Source: Hypanus sabinus
Taxonomy: Eukaryota
DNA length: 64,000 nt
Assembly (NCBI RefSeq): GCF_030144855.1
Contig: NC_082711.1
Coordinates: forward strand, 26,040,001 to 26,104,000
Direction of reading: 5' to 3'
In this document: positions 63,486 to 64,000 of the stretch, one piece after another
Position numbering within the stretch: the stretch's first letter is position 1
How the letters are laid out: each line of letters opens with the position of its first letter
Notes under the pieces: model-generated
The model's database searches: none
Told to the model about the DNA's origin: nothing
The model's input: the letters and a program-made list of their open reading frames with translations, nothing else
Program-made: the position numbers and the translations under genes

Positions 63486-64000
63486 TAAAGGGTCGAGGTT
63501 GGGAGGTTAACAAAAAATGAGTTGGAAATGTGCTGAAAATATTTTGCATCTGATTCAAACAGCTGCAGCTTCCAAAGGAACACTATTATGATGAAGTCTG
63601 AAAGCTATGATCTTGCTTTATGCCAGACAACAAGCTTGAATACATGCATGTTTTTGAGATGTAGTTGGGGATGTTGGCCAACATACAGAAACTGGCAGTG
63701 GGCTGATAAATATCTTCTTACTGAGAGGCAACATGTAAATGACAAAATAGCTGGTGTATTGTAGGTTATTGAAGGCCTTAGGAAGTGATGATGGTAGTGG
63801 AAGGGAAGGTCTGAATGGCATGTCCAGTTATCTCTCCAGTTTTTATATTCAAAAGAGTGAAAACTTCCTTCAGTTGAACACCTGTAAAAACTCTGCTTCT
63901 ACCAGATTTCCATTTGAACCTGTCTGTAACAAAAAAACTTTAAAAACTAATATTAGATTAGCCACTCTACTATTGACTGGTTTTAGGCAAATGCCTAAAT

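Noticed and set aside
46958-64000. Expected final RBM33 RRM exons (human SLQMLPQQRKAIAKF...)
   Set aside because: Not found by eye. They probably lie beyond the window, although a short exon could have been missed.
1-64000. Prokaryotic features (operons, CRISPR arrays, rRNA)
   Set aside because: The sequence is a spliced vertebrate gene with TE-rich introns; none were seen.

Overview
Eukaryotic, vertebrate genomic DNA. The repeat content (HE1/V-SINE, SGNH-type CR1, Rex1/Babar, Penelope-derived palindromes) points to a cartilaginous fish, probably a ray or skate; this is an inference. The window lies inside one + strand gene, RBM33. I can place seven consecutive internal coding exons with canonical AG/GT sites and consistent phases: 32-155, 370-689, 2653-2823, 8592-8918, 31085-31711, 42662-42868 and 46769-46957. 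They encode the Pro/Gln-rich region, the DEDEETR...KKELLERL coiled coil and the start of the C-terminal RRM. The 5' exons and the last RRM exons were not found here. The introns contain mostly decayed and often nested transposons: CR1, L1, Rex1/Babar, RTE, Penelope, Tc1, pogo/Tigger, a Helitron, a solo LTR and SINEs. A few repeat-free blocks look like conserved non-coding elements. Most notable: (i) palindromic Penelope-derived elements carrying minimal hammerhead-ribozyme cores, all recognisable ones antisense to the gene; (ii) a candidate poison micro-exon or alternative acceptor just upstream of exon 42662; (iii) a non-autonomous Helitron with 69-nt STPR-like repeats; (iv) candidate enhancers in the EN2-CNPY1-RBM33-SHH neighbourhood. 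Most ORFs in the supplied track are transposon debris or spurious. All family assignments are by eye; no database search was run.
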